From NCBI RefSeq assembly GCF_006345805.1, contig NW_021835128.1, forward strand, positions 1 through 52,227: a stretch of DNA of 52,227 nt, read 5' to 3'. Made by a program: the position numbers and the translations under genes. This stretch comes from Octopus sinensis (taxonomy: Eukaryota). Numbering within the stretch: the stretch's first letter is position 1; each line of letters opens with the position of its first letter. Positions 38,916 to 52,165 of this stretch are shown here, in pieces. A model generated the notes under the pieces. The model was given only the letters and a program-made list of their open reading frames with translations, did not search any database and was not told the origin of the DNA.

Positions 38916-40279
38916 ATATATACAAGTTATATATATCCATACCCATGCTCATTTACAAAAAGCATCAAGGAACATGCCTGCCAATTTCGGGTGAATATAT
39001 CACATAATATCCCCAGTCAACATGATACTTAATCCAAATGAAAATGCCTTGGAATATTGAATTTGATGAACCAAAGGCATCACAAAGATGTTATCAGCTA
39101 TTTACGACCCAAACGTATCAGCTTATACAATACCAATAATCAACAGATTACAGTCAAACGACGAAGCCTTTCACTACACACAGCAGCATGATAAAAAAGT
39201 ATGAATAGCTAACACTTCTAGGGCAGTTGGCGTCCTGTTGACGCCTAAAGCTAATACACATATACACACAATAGACAAGAGTTTCCTGCACTCAACTCGA
39301 CCATATACACATATGGAAATAACATTCCGGAAGCTGTTGTCGGAATACTGTTAACCGACGGAATATAAACATTGAGAAGCCTATGCTACCTCGAAATACA
39401 AACATTGCTGTCACTTGTTACTTCGAAAATGAAGTGGAAAATAGATTGATTTATTGAACATTACCTTTCACATAAATGAACGATTAAGGCATGTTTCTAG
39501 CAAACAAATGAGAATTTCTAACGTATGCATATGGTCAGAAGTTTTGCAGGGAATTATAATGAATTTAACCCCAGTATGTGAGTCATGTGCATCAGGGTGC
39601 AGAATGAAAGATAACATTTACCAGCTGAATTTGTACAATGCGTTGTCAGTTTTGGCAATAAATGCACACATTAATACGTATCTATATTATGTGGTTATGT
39701 TTCAACAATTAGAAAAGCTCTCGATCAGCTATGAGAGTAAAAATGATCTTAAATTAAAACCCACAAATCTTGCAAATAGCTACCCAGGGCTTCCTAGTTG
39801 AAATAATTCATGCCGCCATTTATCAAGCTGAAAGTAAGACTGTTTGTCAGTTGATTTTTTGAGTAGATAATGTTTAAATAAGGGACGCTTTTATAGAAGA
39901 CAAAAGGAAAAAAATCTAAAAGAAAAAACTACTCAAGGGAGGTAAGCCACGTTACGTTGTAATGTGGGTTATCCCGATGTCAAATCGATGTCAAGCAGAC
40001 GTAAATCGGATGTTCATTGGTCTGCTTTTGATTTCCGACAAGATGTATCTTTCCGACACGATGTATCTTTTCACAATTATCGGAGCGTGAAACGCTTCCC
40101 ACGAACGCACGTTCGTGAGATGGTTATGATATATAAACAGTTTTGAATAGAAACCAGAAAGAGAAGTATGGACGCGCAATGCACATTGGCACACTGAATT
40201 CACAAAACGGAAGAGAAGAATAGAAACGCAATGCGCATGTCAAAGTAAGATGGAAGAAGAGAATAAAACAAGTTATAAG

Positions 40280-40650
40280 ATGTACATTATTTACATTATT
40301 TATATTATTTACATTCAACGGATATTTGTCCTCATCTTATTTGTTGTTAATACAACGTTTCGGCTGGTATACCCTCCAGCCTTCTTCAGGTGTCTGGGGG
40401 AAATTTCGAACCTGGGTTTTCATTCCTAAGGTATTTTTGATGTTATTATTATTATTAGCGTTATTGATCAGGTCGCTGCTTAGAATCGAACTCGAAATCT
40501 CGGGGTTAGTAGCCCGCGTTCTTAACCACTACGGCAATGCCCGTGTTAACAACAAACAAGATGACAAATATCCGTCGAATGTAAATAATGCAAATAATGT
40601 AAATAATGTAAATAATGTACACAATTCCTCATCACTTAAATATAGAACTG
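40280..40650 (-). mobile_element. Family H uninterrupted copy (40542 to 40280, minus) plus an inverted duplicate of its 3' segment (40543-40650, plus)
   Basis: Minus strand: GGGCATTGCCGTAGTGGTTAAGAACGCGGGCTACTAACCCCGAGATTTCGAGTTCGATTC.. (AAT)n ..GACACCTGAAGAAGGCTG..CAGCCGAAACGTTGTATT..(GTAAATAAT)n. Confidence 0.85.
40349..40394 (-). ncRNA. Minimal type I hammerhead ribozyme (second copy; one stem I mismatch)
   Basis: GACAC-CUGAAGA-A-GGCUG-loop-CAGCC-GAAACGUU|GUAUU. Confidence 0.7.
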
Positions 40651-40930
40651 AAGTTATATGCTGGTTTGCATGTTACGTCTGACACCACCATCATTCAAGC
40701 GTTACTGCAATTTTCTTGTTTGAAATGTGGACACAAAGAGTAAATCTTGTCCCTCGAATTTTTGCATCCTTTCTCCTTTAATGTTAAGACAAATGCAAGT
40801 AGAAGGCAGTTGTCTCTTAGGAGGAAAGGCCAGGTAGAGTAGACTTAGGTGGGAATAACTACAAAGACAACTAGTACTGCTACTGTTCATAACAATGAGA
40901 ACAACAACAGTATTAACAACAACAACAACA

Positions 40931-41592
40931 GGAAGCACAATGTCTGAAACTCTTGGGGCGGATGGTAGTCGATTATATTCTATTTTATCGATCCCGAAGG
41001 ATGAAAGACAAAGTCGACCTTGGAGGAATTTGAACTCAGAACGTAAAGACGGAGGAAATGCCGATAAACATTTTGTCTGGCGTGCTAACGATTCCACCAG
41101 CTCGCCGCCCTGATAATAATAATGATAACCATTTCTACTATAGGCACAAGACCTGAAATTTGTGGGGAGAGGCCAGTCGATTAGATCGTCCCCAGTACGC
41201 AACTGGTACGTAATATATCGACCCCGAGAGGATGAAAGGCAAAGTTAACCTCAGCAGAATTTGAACTCAGAAAGTAATGACAGACCAAATGCCGCTAAGC
41301 ACTTTGTCCGGCGTGCTAACGATTCTACCAGCTCGCCGTCTTGATGATAATAATAATAGTAATAATAATACCTATTTCTTTATTACCCACAAGGGGCTAA
41401 ACAACAGAGGGGGACAAACAAGGACAGACATAGGTATTAAGTCGATTACATCGACCCCAGTGCGTAACTGGTACTTAATTTATCGACCCCGAAAGGATGA
41501 AAGGCAAAGTCGACCTCGGCGGAATTTGAACTCAGAACGTAACGACAGACGAAATACGGCTACGCATTTCGCCCGGCGTGCTAACGTTTCTG
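40931..41592 (-). mobile_element. Stack of three tandem SINE family B copies (40931-41109, 41128-41340, 41371-41592) separated by (AAT)n
   Basis: Each has the reverse-complement core GGATGAAAG(G/A)CAAAGT..GGAATTTGAACTCAGAA; the first two carry tail 2 and the third tail 1. Confidence 0.85.
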
Positions 41593-41603
41593 GTAATAAT
41601 AAT

Positions 41604-41657
<54 letters not shown>

Positions 41658-42224
41658 AATAATAATAATAATAATAATCTCTGTAGCAAAAACATCAAAC
41701 GTAACACTAAGAACCGCAAAACCAACAACGGCATTACCACCACTACTATCGTCATTTTTTCCTCCTCCCTCTGTAAGAGAACAAAATGGCAACAACGAAA
41801 CAATGATGGCAACAACAACAACAACAACAATAAAGGAATTAGAACATTTTTGCGGCAGCATCAAGAGACACAAAACAGCAAGAATTTCTCCATCTGCTTT
41901 TGCAGCATCTGCTAAGTTCATTGGTAAGGCGTGCACAACACGCATGTTTCTTTTAGTGCAGGTCTCCCAGCCCCAATGTGTGTACGTGTGAGTGAAAGAG
42001 AGAGAGAGAGAGAGAGGGGGGGAAGGAGAGGGGTAGGTGATAAAAAACGGTAAGTGTGAAGTGATGTGCTTACGTATTTTTAGGGTATTCTCTTAAATCT
42101 CCAGAAAGACAAATAAATAAATAAAATAAAAATAAATAAAATGAAATAAAATAGAAACAAACAATTAGCTGGTCGCGTAAGATGGTTTACACCCCTCACT
42201 TGGTATACCTTTTGTTTTTGAATT

Positions 42225-43060
42225 GCCTCGGTCATTGGACTGTGGCCAAGCTGGGGCACCGCTTTGAAGGGTGTAAGTCGAACAAATCAGCTTAGTTCTA
42301 ATTGATTTTTAAAGTCTGGTACAATATAGGTCACTTTTTCTGAATCACTATGTTGCGGGAAAGTAAACAAACCAATACCGGTTTTCAAGTAGTGGGCAAA
42401 CATGAAGGGACAAATACACACACAGACACACAACACATGTATGTGTGGAAGCCTGTCGCGTGCGTGTGTATGTGCGTGTGTGTGTGTGTGTGGTGTGTGT
42501 GTACACAGCGGCCGCTGAACTTAATGGTACAAAGCACTAAGCCGGTATCTGAGAGGTACGGGGTTCGGTTCCCCGCAGCAGCCTGCTTGCAACATTTTTT
42601 TAACGGCAGTGCCCCAGCATGGCCGCAGCTCCCGAGCTGAAACTAGTATAGAATATATATATTTATGTGTGTGTATGTGTGTGTGGTGTGTGTGTATATC
42701 AATGTACGTATCTTTGTGTCTGTGTTTGCCTCCCCAGCACCGCTCGACAACCGGTGTTGGTGTGTTTACGTCGTAACTTAGGAGTTCGACAAAAGTGACC
42801 GATAGAATAAGTACTAGGCTTTAACAAATAAGTCTTGGGCTCGATTTGTTTGACTATAATCCTTCAAGGCAACACCTCAGCTTGGCCGCAGTCAAAAATG
42901 ACTGAAACAAGTAAAAGATGTGTATACACGACGTGCTTCCACGTACTTTCCTTCTACGCAATTCACTCACAAGGTATTGGTCGGTTCTATACTATTGTAC
43001 AAGGCAAGACGCTGGCCCAAAGTCCTGCGCAATAGGACTGAACCTGAAACCACGTGCTGC
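42225..43060. mobile_element. Cluster of decayed SINE family A pieces (tail minus about 42225-42420; tail plus about 42720-42915; head minus about 42940-43060)
   Basis: Module matches to the family A tail and head. Confidence 0.65.
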
Positions 43061-43324
43061 AATCCGCCGCCCCCATCAAAAAAAAATTAAAAAGAATAAT
43101 CATGAAAATTCGACTACAAATATTGTTGATCCTCTTGTAGCTGCTTTTTCTAAAGCTTCAACTTGATATTTCAACAATGAACATTCTACCTTAATTTATC
43201 CTCGCATGGTTTACTCCAGACTTCATAGATTATCAATTGTATCCTTTCAGTCTCTGTTTTGAATGGCAGGGTGAGATTTGTTGGATTTTTGGCTGCTATA
43301 TTAAGCAAGTTGCTATATTAAAAA

Positions 43325-43555
43325 GGCGGCGAGCTGGCAGAAACGTTAGCACGCCGGGCGAAATGCGTAGCCGTATTTCGTCTGCTGTTATGTTCTGAGT
43401 TCAAATTCCGCCGAGGTCGACTTTGCCTTTCATCCTTTCGGGGTCGATAAATTAAGTACCAGTTACGCACTGGGGTCGATGTAATCGACTTAATACCTAT
43501 GTCTGTCCTTGTTTGTCCTCTCTGTGTTTAGCCCCTTGTGGGTAGTAAAGAAATA
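43325..43555 (+). mobile_element. SINE family B full copy (tail 1)
   Basis: Consensus-like copy. Confidence 0.9.
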
Positions 43556-43660
43556 TATATGAAGCAAGTTGAGTGATTTTGTAGAGGTTCCCGCAATGAT
43601 CTGATGTGTAATATAGAATATGTAGAGAGTAAATACTTATTGAAGTATAACCCCAATTTG

Positions 43661-43700
<40 letters not shown>

Positions 43701-44119
43701 AAATAAAAGGCATTTCATTTGTGTCAAACTAGTTCGCAAGATCCTTTTTTTGAAAAAGGCTCAATTCCAACGTAGAGTTTAATTATTTATTGTAAGGCTG
43801 ATGTTCTGTCAACAGAGAGTTTTCGCGTGTACAACAAATGGTGCAACTATGTTATATATATATACATATACATACACACACACACACACACACACACACC
43901 ACACACACACACACACACAACACACATATGTCAGTTGAGGTCTTGCTGTTCAGAAGGCTTTTAACCCAATATTTACAGGTTTTAATTATACTGTTTATAG
44001 CTTTAACAGCTTCGAGTTTCAGCATTCCAAAAGAAAAATTCTATATATCTCCCTACACTTTCATTTATACATACACACTAAGTGAGTGGGTAAAGTGACG
44101 AAATTCTTTAAAACGTCGG

Positions 44120-44165
<46 letters not shown>

Positions 44166-44935
44166 TATAGATAGATAGATAGATAGATAGATAAATAGAT
44201 ATATTGATCGACTGATCGATAGATAGATATTTGTGAGAGAGAAAAGTGAGATATATTTACTGTGAAAGGCAGAGTACTAGAAGAAATAAAAGAAGACAGT
44301 CGAAGTAACAGCAAATGAAGAGAGAAAAAAATGAAGTTTAATGAAGAGAAAGCAAGGCAATTCTTGTCTCACTGAAGAATTAAATCGTTGCACTGGCTTC
44401 AGAGAAGAGATGACAGTCGTGAGTTATAGATTAGCTGATGTGTACAGAGATTGGGATAGTGTATTGTTGAGATTTTGAAAGTGGCTTGACGTTTCATAAA
44501 GACATTTCCATTAGGAAGAGATTAGCAAGTGAAGCAGACGATCGCGATAAAGTTTTGTCCAGCTGATATAATGGTGGCGCTCCGCCATTATGTCAAGGCG
44601 GCTAAAGATGGCTGTGGTTTGAGTGAAAAAGAAACACACGCACACAGATACAGACAGACACACACACACATATATTTATGAAGAAAAAATCTAAATAAAA
44701 TCACAACAAAAATTGAATGTAATAATGATTAAATAAATAAGTACTAAACTAACTAAACGAATAATTCGCTTGATGGATTTATCTAGCAAAATATGTTGGC
44801 CGGAATGCATTTCAAGTAATTTCTTCGCGTATGTATCTATCAATCTATCTATTTTTAATATATTTCCATACACACAGTCTCTTCACAAACACACACACAC
44901 ACACGCACAAGCACACACACACACACACACACACA

Positions 44936-44966
<31 letters not shown>

Positions 44967-45112
44967 TACATAGTATTCATTATTGTTGTCATGAGCAGAC
45001 ACTTTTTTATATATACGTTTTTACGTTATTTTATACGAAGGCATATATATATATATATATGCGTATTTATCTGCGTATGAATAAATATACTTACCTATAT
45101 GCTGAATGTGTG

Positions 45113-45159
<47 letters not shown>

Positions 45160-46730
45160 TTTCGCGTAGCCCTTTTGTGTATACTATTTTAGAATACAGT
45201 AGTTGAGTAATTTTGGATATGACTCGCTATTCACCGTTTTGCACGTTTGGTTTGTTTATAATCTAAAGACTCATGATACATGTCTGCCTGTGTACTTTTC
45301 AGAGAAAATTCCGTATCTGAATTGTTTGTTATTATTCATAAGCCGCCTAAATTTTATGCAACACTCTTCCTCTGATCAGGATGCTTTACATCGTCTCTGT
45401 CTTTTATTTTGCTTGTCTGCTTAATATATCGATGAAAGCTAACATTACATATATCGTTCTTCTTAAATATACCGAGAAGAGTATAGTAAATACTGTCTCG
45501 TGTCCTGTGACTCAGAGAGTCAGTAACTCGGTTTCCATGGCGTACAAGTGACCGATATCACAACATTCCCTCTGAAGGACACCAGTTCGTCGCAAGATTA
45601 TTCATTTACTGTTGAGTGGACTGGAGCAACATGAAATTAACGATTTTATTTTTTGCTCAACAACGCAAGTTTAATTAATGACTTCTAATCAAGGCACAAA
45701 TGCCAGCAATTTCTAGGGGCGGCGTCTTAGTCGATTATATAGACTACAGTACTTGACTGGTACTGTGGCTGATGTACATCAGCAGGATTAGAACTCGGAA
45801 TCTAAAGAATCGGAAGATATGCCAAAATGCATTACCTCGTCGTTCTAACAATTCTGCCAGTTCGCAGACTTAAGCAAAGTTTAATTAATTAACATTTTAC
45901 TTATACATACCGCTAGGAGATAAAAACATTAACTCGGAGACTAATACTAATTTAATCGGGTCTTTTGTTAAGCCAGGGCTCCCCAAACTTTTAGACCATC
46001 GACCCCTTCATGGAATCCTTGACTTTTTGTCGATCCCCAGGCATGTACATGGAAATAAATAAATAATAATAATAATAATAATATAATAATAATAATAATA
46101 ATAATAATCATAGTAATGAAGTAGATGTGCAGTTTCAGTCCTTTATCGACACTTTGAATAGTATCATCGACCACTTTGGTCGTAAAGCAGAGTGGAAAGA
46201 CCGCACGTTTCAGGTTTCTTAGTCCTTTTGAGGAAATACTTAGGCCTCCTCAATTTTCTCATATTCTTAGATCTTGCAGCGAATCATTCTATCGATATGC
46301 AGAAATTGTAGAATTGGTGTTTCCAGAAGAGATCAAAACATTTATCAGAGTTCACAGAGTTTTATCGCTGTTAGTCAAGGCAGCCAAGTCCCATATTACC
46401 ATAGTCAGATTGTTGTCATGTGAAATGTTTGGGACGTCTTCTTTATGTAATGGACATAATTTCCATCTTTGTCCTATCTGCGATTAAATACCGATTTTAA
46501 AAAATGATTGGTCGGCTTAAAATATAGTAGTTAATCATTTCATTGAGCTAACTGCATAGACTGCAATCTGATATTGAACACTTGTTTCATTGTTTTCGTC
46601 AAATAGGCTTTTGTGCGTGAGACATTATTTTCAACATCATCATCAACCGCGAAAGGATGAAGGACAAAGTACCAATCAAATAGTGATGGTTTTGACTAAT
46701 CCCTCTCTGCTGAAAGTTACCGGCCTTGTG

Positions 46731-46782
<52 letters not shown>

Positions 46783-46803
46783 CATCATCATTACTACTAC
46801 TAC

Positions 46804-46838
<35 letters not shown>

Positions 46839-46847
46839 TTATTATTA

Positions 46848-46880
<33 letters not shown>

Positions 46881-47084
46881 GGTGGTGAGCAGACAGAATC
46901 GTTAAGCACGCTGAACGAAATGCTTAGAGGTATTACGCCCGTCGCTACATTCTGAGTTCAAATTCCGCCGAGGTCGACCTTACCTTTCAACCTTTAGGGG
47001 TCAATACCATAAGTATCAGCTGAACACTGGGGTCGATGTAATCGACTCATCACCTTCCCCAAAATTGCTGCCCTTGTGACAAAA
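46881..47084 (+). mobile_element. SINE family B copy (tail 2) after a long (ATT)/(ACT)n tract
   Basis: Core match. Confidence 0.8.
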
Positions 47085-47106
47085 TTATTATTATTATTAT
47101 TATTAA

Positions 47107-47670
47107 GTGAGTGAGAGAGCAGTGCATGCCATCAAAGTGACACTGGGGTAAAATATACGAAACCCAGTATACCCATCATGACTACCCGTCTGATAAGGGT
47201 ATACCAGGCACATGCATCACAACCATATGTGCGCGACATGGTGATCTCATATGAAGATAAACAGCACACGACCTTGCGGGTGGGGCCCAGTTAGAATTTT
47301 CTTCTGGTTGAGTAACCCATCCCACTCAAAAGGTCCACCCCAAAGAATCCCTCAACACATGGCTATGATGCTCCCCGACTACTTCTGATCGTGATCAGAG
47401 ATGCACATATCGTCAGCCACCAAGGGACATGCTCAACTGGTTAAGGTCAAACAACTGACAAGCAAATCTGTGGTATTGAGCAGAATATTTGCTGTAGCCC
47501 ATCTTTTATACCAAGACAAAACAATGTACATGATAACACTTCCAATCAGTTAAGATCAGAAGCCACGAGAGCCACTGCCTGGTACTGCATCAGGGCATTG
47601 TTTCCAGAGGTGAATTATTTAAACCCCAAAGAATCCCTCAAGTTTCCAGAGGTGAATTATTTAAACCCCA

Positions 47671-47673
<3 letters not shown>
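47107..47673. mobile_element. Repeat E, rearranged copy (internal deletion; part of the deleted segment appears twice at the end)
   Basis: Direct comparison with 32078-32634. Confidence 0.85.
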
Positions 47674-47737
<64 letters not shown>

Positions 47738-48353
47738 GTCGTTGCAGTTGTCAGCATCATTATCATCACTCGTTGGCAACTTATCAAGTCGACTTATTTG
47801 GTGGTTCCAGGCAGCTCTGCAAATTTTGGATAATTTTTCCCGTTTCAAAAGGTAAATGAATTCCTTCTTCTGTTTCAATTAAAATAAAAATAAAAGAATA
47901 TTCTCAACGTGTGGAGTCTGTTTCTTTACCAAATTAAACAAAGAATGCTGATAATTCTGGTGATTTTTGTTTTCCTCTTTAGAGATTTTGTAAACAATGA
48001 CTTCCAGATTAACAAGAAGGAAATCACTGTCAGTAGACTCATGCGTCGAAATAAATAACTGTTCCCAACATGATACATGCGGAAAAAAATTGTTGCAGTA
48101 AATTAGAAATAAAAAAAACGTGACTTAATCCACCATAGCTGCATACACACACAAACTCTATCGTATCTAAATTCTATCTATAACAGGTAATTCGAGTTTT
48201 CCTTCAGTTTTCCAGTGCCATTACTAACATAGAAAAATTAAAGATGGGTGAGGTAGTATAGTAGAAGTCAGTATGGTAAAGTTGTGTTATCAAGGCAGTA
48301 CTATACTATTTCAGTTCATTATTTGGGGAAGAAAGAAAAGAAATTCATACGCA

Positions 48354-48792
48354 GGCGTAGGAGTGGCTGTGTGGTAAGTAACTTGCTTACGAACCACATC
48401 GTTCCGGGTTCAGTCCCAATGCGTGCCACTTTGGGCAAGTGTCTTCTACTATAGCCTCGGGCCGACCAAAGCCTTGTGAGTGGATCTGGTAGACGGAAAC
48501 TGAAAGAAGCCCGTCGTATATATTATATATATGTATATATATATATGTTTGTGTGTGTGTGTGTGTGGTGTGTGTGTGTGTGTGTGTGTGTGTATGTTGG
48601 TGTGTCATACACACCAACATCGTTTCACAACCGATGCTGGTGTGTTTACGTCCCCGTAACTTAGCAGTTCTGCAAAAGATACCGACAGAATAAGTACTAG
48701 GCTTACAAAGAATAAGTCCTGGGGTCGATTTGCTCGACTAAAGGCGGTGCTCCAGCATGGCCACAATCAAATGACTGAAGCAAGTAAAAGAG
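48354..48792 (+). mobile_element. SINE family A, complete reference copy
   Basis: Head, (TA)/(GT)n and tail ending AAGTAAAAGAG. Confidence 0.9.
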
Positions 48793-49654
48793 TATCTGTT
48801 TCGCTCGGAACACGGACATTCCTTGTGGGAATGAACTGACACTCACAAATAGTGTTAGGTATCGTATCAATTAACGTTATTTCAATTGATGGAGGCAAAG
48901 ATTAGGGATGCACATTGTTCTCAGTAATGAGAAAGAAGCAAAAAAGAGAAGGTAGCAGATGTGATACATACCTACGCATAGGTTTGTGTCATAATAATTA
49001 GGACGGCAAAACAGGTAGGTCTAGGTTTATGATTATTGTATTGACGTCGGGTCGTGAATCGGCGTCACCTTTGTGGCAGAGTATAGTTAGAAAGTTGTAA
49101 GGCTATGCGGTATGTCGGGTGGCATCTAAATGTCACATGACGACCATTATTTTATTCCAGAACTATTTTCTGTAGTCTAGATGCGCGTGGTTTAGTGGTT
49201 AAGGTGTTGGGCTCATGATCATAAGATTGTGGTTTCGATACCTGGATCGAACGATGCGTGGTGTTCTAGAGCTCCAGTCCACTCAGCGGCAAAAGTGGGG
49301 TAATCCTGCGACGAACCGGCATCCCATTCAGGTGGGGAATACATACGCCACGGAAAACGGCGCTGGGAATCTATATGACAGAAAAGAAACTCTTCATCCT
49401 TTATCCTCCTATTCTCGGTTGTGAGTAATGGAAGAGTGATACGACTGGTAGTACAAAACTGAAAGCCGAGTTACTACACGTATGAAAGCAAAATTTATTT
49501 AAGGGCCTTCTTTGTGAAAGAACAAAAAGAAAAAAAAAGAGAATAATAAGTTCCAGACGTTGCTATTGTTCTTGGGACACCATGCATCGAAACTACACTG
49601 TTGCTATTTTGTGAGAGGATAAACAACTTAATCAACCCGAGAACCTTCAGATAA

Positions 49655-49868
49655 TAATTCTTTCTACAATAGGCACAAGGCCTGAAATTTGTGAGAGGAA
49701 CCTAGTCGATAGCATCGACCTCAGTGTTACCCTGGTACATATTTAATCGATCTTGAAAAGATGAAGGCAAAGACGATCTCAGTGGAATTTGAAATCAGAA
49801 CGTAAAGACAGGCGAAATACCGCTATGCATTGTGCTCGGCGTACTAACGATTCCGCCAGCTCGCCGCC
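49655..49868 (-). mobile_element. SINE family B copy (tail 2)
   Basis: Reverse-complement start GGCGGCGAGCTGGCGGAATCGTTAG. Confidence 0.8.
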
Positions 49869-50869
49869 TTGCCTTCAGACAATAACAGCAGAACTGCAAT
49901 TCATACGAAGTCATCTAGCCTTAAGCTCACATAAAAAAAACAACAATTATTCTTTATAAAGAGACGAAAGGCTGTCCCATTGTAGTTCGAATTTCGGGAT
50001 GCGTTATTGACATTTTCAGGGTATGGTTGGATACATAAGCGACGAACTTAATCTAAACCTCGAGTAATGCACAATGAATTTGCTATGTTGGCTATAGAGT
50101 CAACTTAAAATCAAACAGTATCGAGAACTTCCTAAATCTGATTCAAAAACATTCCTTCTCAACTTACAAATATTTGAAATCTTTTAATCGGCAAAACGTA
50201 ATAGTTATTCATAGTTGCATGATTAATAAAGAGAACATTATCGCAAGTGGCCATTAAATAAGCTTATAAACTCAGGAGCCAATTCTGTAGACATTCATCA
50301 GAATATCTAGATAGCAGAAGGAATGATTGTAACTGCTACAATCTTTTGGAACTTTATACTAAGATCAATCATTCATATACCAGGCTACAGTTTCAGTCTC
50401 GGTTGACTCACAATCCTCTATATGTTATATTGGGATCTGTGAAGGAAGTCCCAATAGCCAGTAGTTAAACCATAAATCTATTTCTGGCACTCAAAATATC
50501 ACGATATTAACAAGTTAAATATCTTAGTTTCATAATTTACATCTTCTACAAATGAGCTCGTCCTCGTGTTCGTGTGACTTCTGTTGTTATAAAAATGTTT
50601 TGTCATTGCCAAAACAACAGGCACATTAAACCCAAGGTCAAAATGAATTCATACAGGCCGACAGCATTGTCTAAAGCTGCAACAGAACCACCGAGTCAGA
50701 CTGAAAAAGCCTAGTACTCCTTTATCAAGTGTGTGTCGACCATCTTTCCGTAAATTAGACTAACGAGTCAAATATGTCTTACATGTATGTCGGTATACGT
50801 ATATGCGAATTTATATATATGTTATCGCATATATATGCGAGTAACAGTATTTTAGAACGCACATATATA

Positions 50870-51436
50870 TTGGGTTGTCCGGAAAGTTAGTACCGATTTA
50901 TAGTAGCTTAACTTTCGACTTATTTTAGAACATGGTTGAGTCCATAAAATAGGATTTGACTACACCTCCATTTAGAGCACAGTTTAAGCTATCTTTTCGT
51001 AGAAGAAGATTTATGTTCCTATAACCTGTGTTAATTCTGTAATCCTTTAAAATGGAAGATAAGAAAGTTCATTTTCGGCACTTGATGCTTTGGGAACAAG
51101 ACAAAAATTGCTGCAGCTCGGCTGGAATGTGTTACGCCCACCCTCCATATTCACCAGATATTGCTCCTTCGGATTTCCACTTATTCAGGTCTTTACAGAA
51201 TAGTCTTAATGGTAAACATTTCAATTCCTTGGATGACGTAAAAAGATACCTTGATGAATTCTTTGCCATGAAACCACCTCAATTCTGGGAAGAGGGTATT
51301 TTCAAGTTAAAGGAAAGATGGAGACGCATTGTGCAAGAAAATGGTTCATATTTGGTTGATTAAAAATCTAATGGCAAGTATTTATTGATCTTTTTCTTTC
51401 CTTTAAAAATTGGCACGAACTTTCCGGACAGCCCAA
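50870..51436 (+). mobile_element. Internally deleted mariner (567 bp) with TIRs and TA duplication
   Basis: TIRs TTGGG(T/C)TGTCCGGAAAGTT at both ends, flanked by TA. N-terminal MEDKKVHFRHLMLWE is joined to C-terminal HPPYSPDIAPSDFHLFRSLQNSL..ERWRRIVQENGSY. Confidence 0.92.
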
Positions 51437-51907
51437 TATATTGATGTGTGTGTACATAGATGCATACATGTTTATAGTCTTATGCTTGTGTGCATATGTA
51501 AGTACATGCACATGTTTATGTACGTGCATGTATATATGTATACATATATATATTCAAGTCGCTGAGTCTGTATATCTATCAGAGAGAATATAAGTATATA
51601 TGTATTATCGTTTCAGTGTGTCTGCAAAATTACAAGTCTGGCAGCCTCTTCAGATATGTTGATCTATGGATGCGCCAGAGAGCATGTCTGCACTATACGA
51701 CGCACATATGTGTCTTCATATGAATGTTTTGTATATATGATTTGGAGGCTCATGTGGATTTGTAACCATTATCATAATTCTTTTCATCTTACTGGTCTAA
51801 ATTTCCTGTTTGACATAATATATAAAGTAATATATATGAATTGTACGCGTAGGTGTTGTATACATACGTATACGCACACATATATACACATGTCTGTCTA
51901 TCTATCC

Positions 51908-51968
<61 letters not shown>

Positions 51969-51991
51969 GCTAGCTAGCTAGCTAGCTAGCT

Positions 51992-52165
51992 ATTTTAGTC
52001 ATTACACTGCGGTCATGCTGGAGCACTGCCTTGTCGAATGAATCGGCCCCAGTACTTTTTTTAAAAGTCTGGTACTTACCTCATCGGTGTCTTTTTGCCG
52101 AATCGCTACGTTACGGGAACGTAAACAGACCAACAGGCATTGTCAAGAGGTGGTGGGACACAAAC
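51992..52165 (-). mobile_element. SINE family A tail (head beyond the window or lost)
   Basis: Reverse tail modules. Confidence 0.7.

Noticed and set aside
39454-39801. 115-aa non-repetitive ORF
   Set aside because: Non-ATG start in the track, no motif and AT-rich composition; consistent with a chance ORF.
41277-41991. 212-aa and 137-aa ORFs with poly-N, poly-T and poly-L runs (mucin-like look)
   Set aside because: Made of SINE family B plus (AAC)/(AAT)n tracts.
45976-46040. hAT-like MITE ends (CAGGGCTCCCCAAAC here; CAGTGGTTCT at about 2330; GAGAACCACTG at about 4213)
   Set aside because: Isolated ends without a matching partner TIR or an 8-bp target duplication.
46150-46480. Possible Penelope RT remnant on the minus strand (TLINVLISSGN..SAYR; SKGLRNLKRAVFPLC)
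   Set aside because: Only loose resemblance, with several stops; needs tBLASTn or an HMM. It would be relevant as the family H partner if confirmed.
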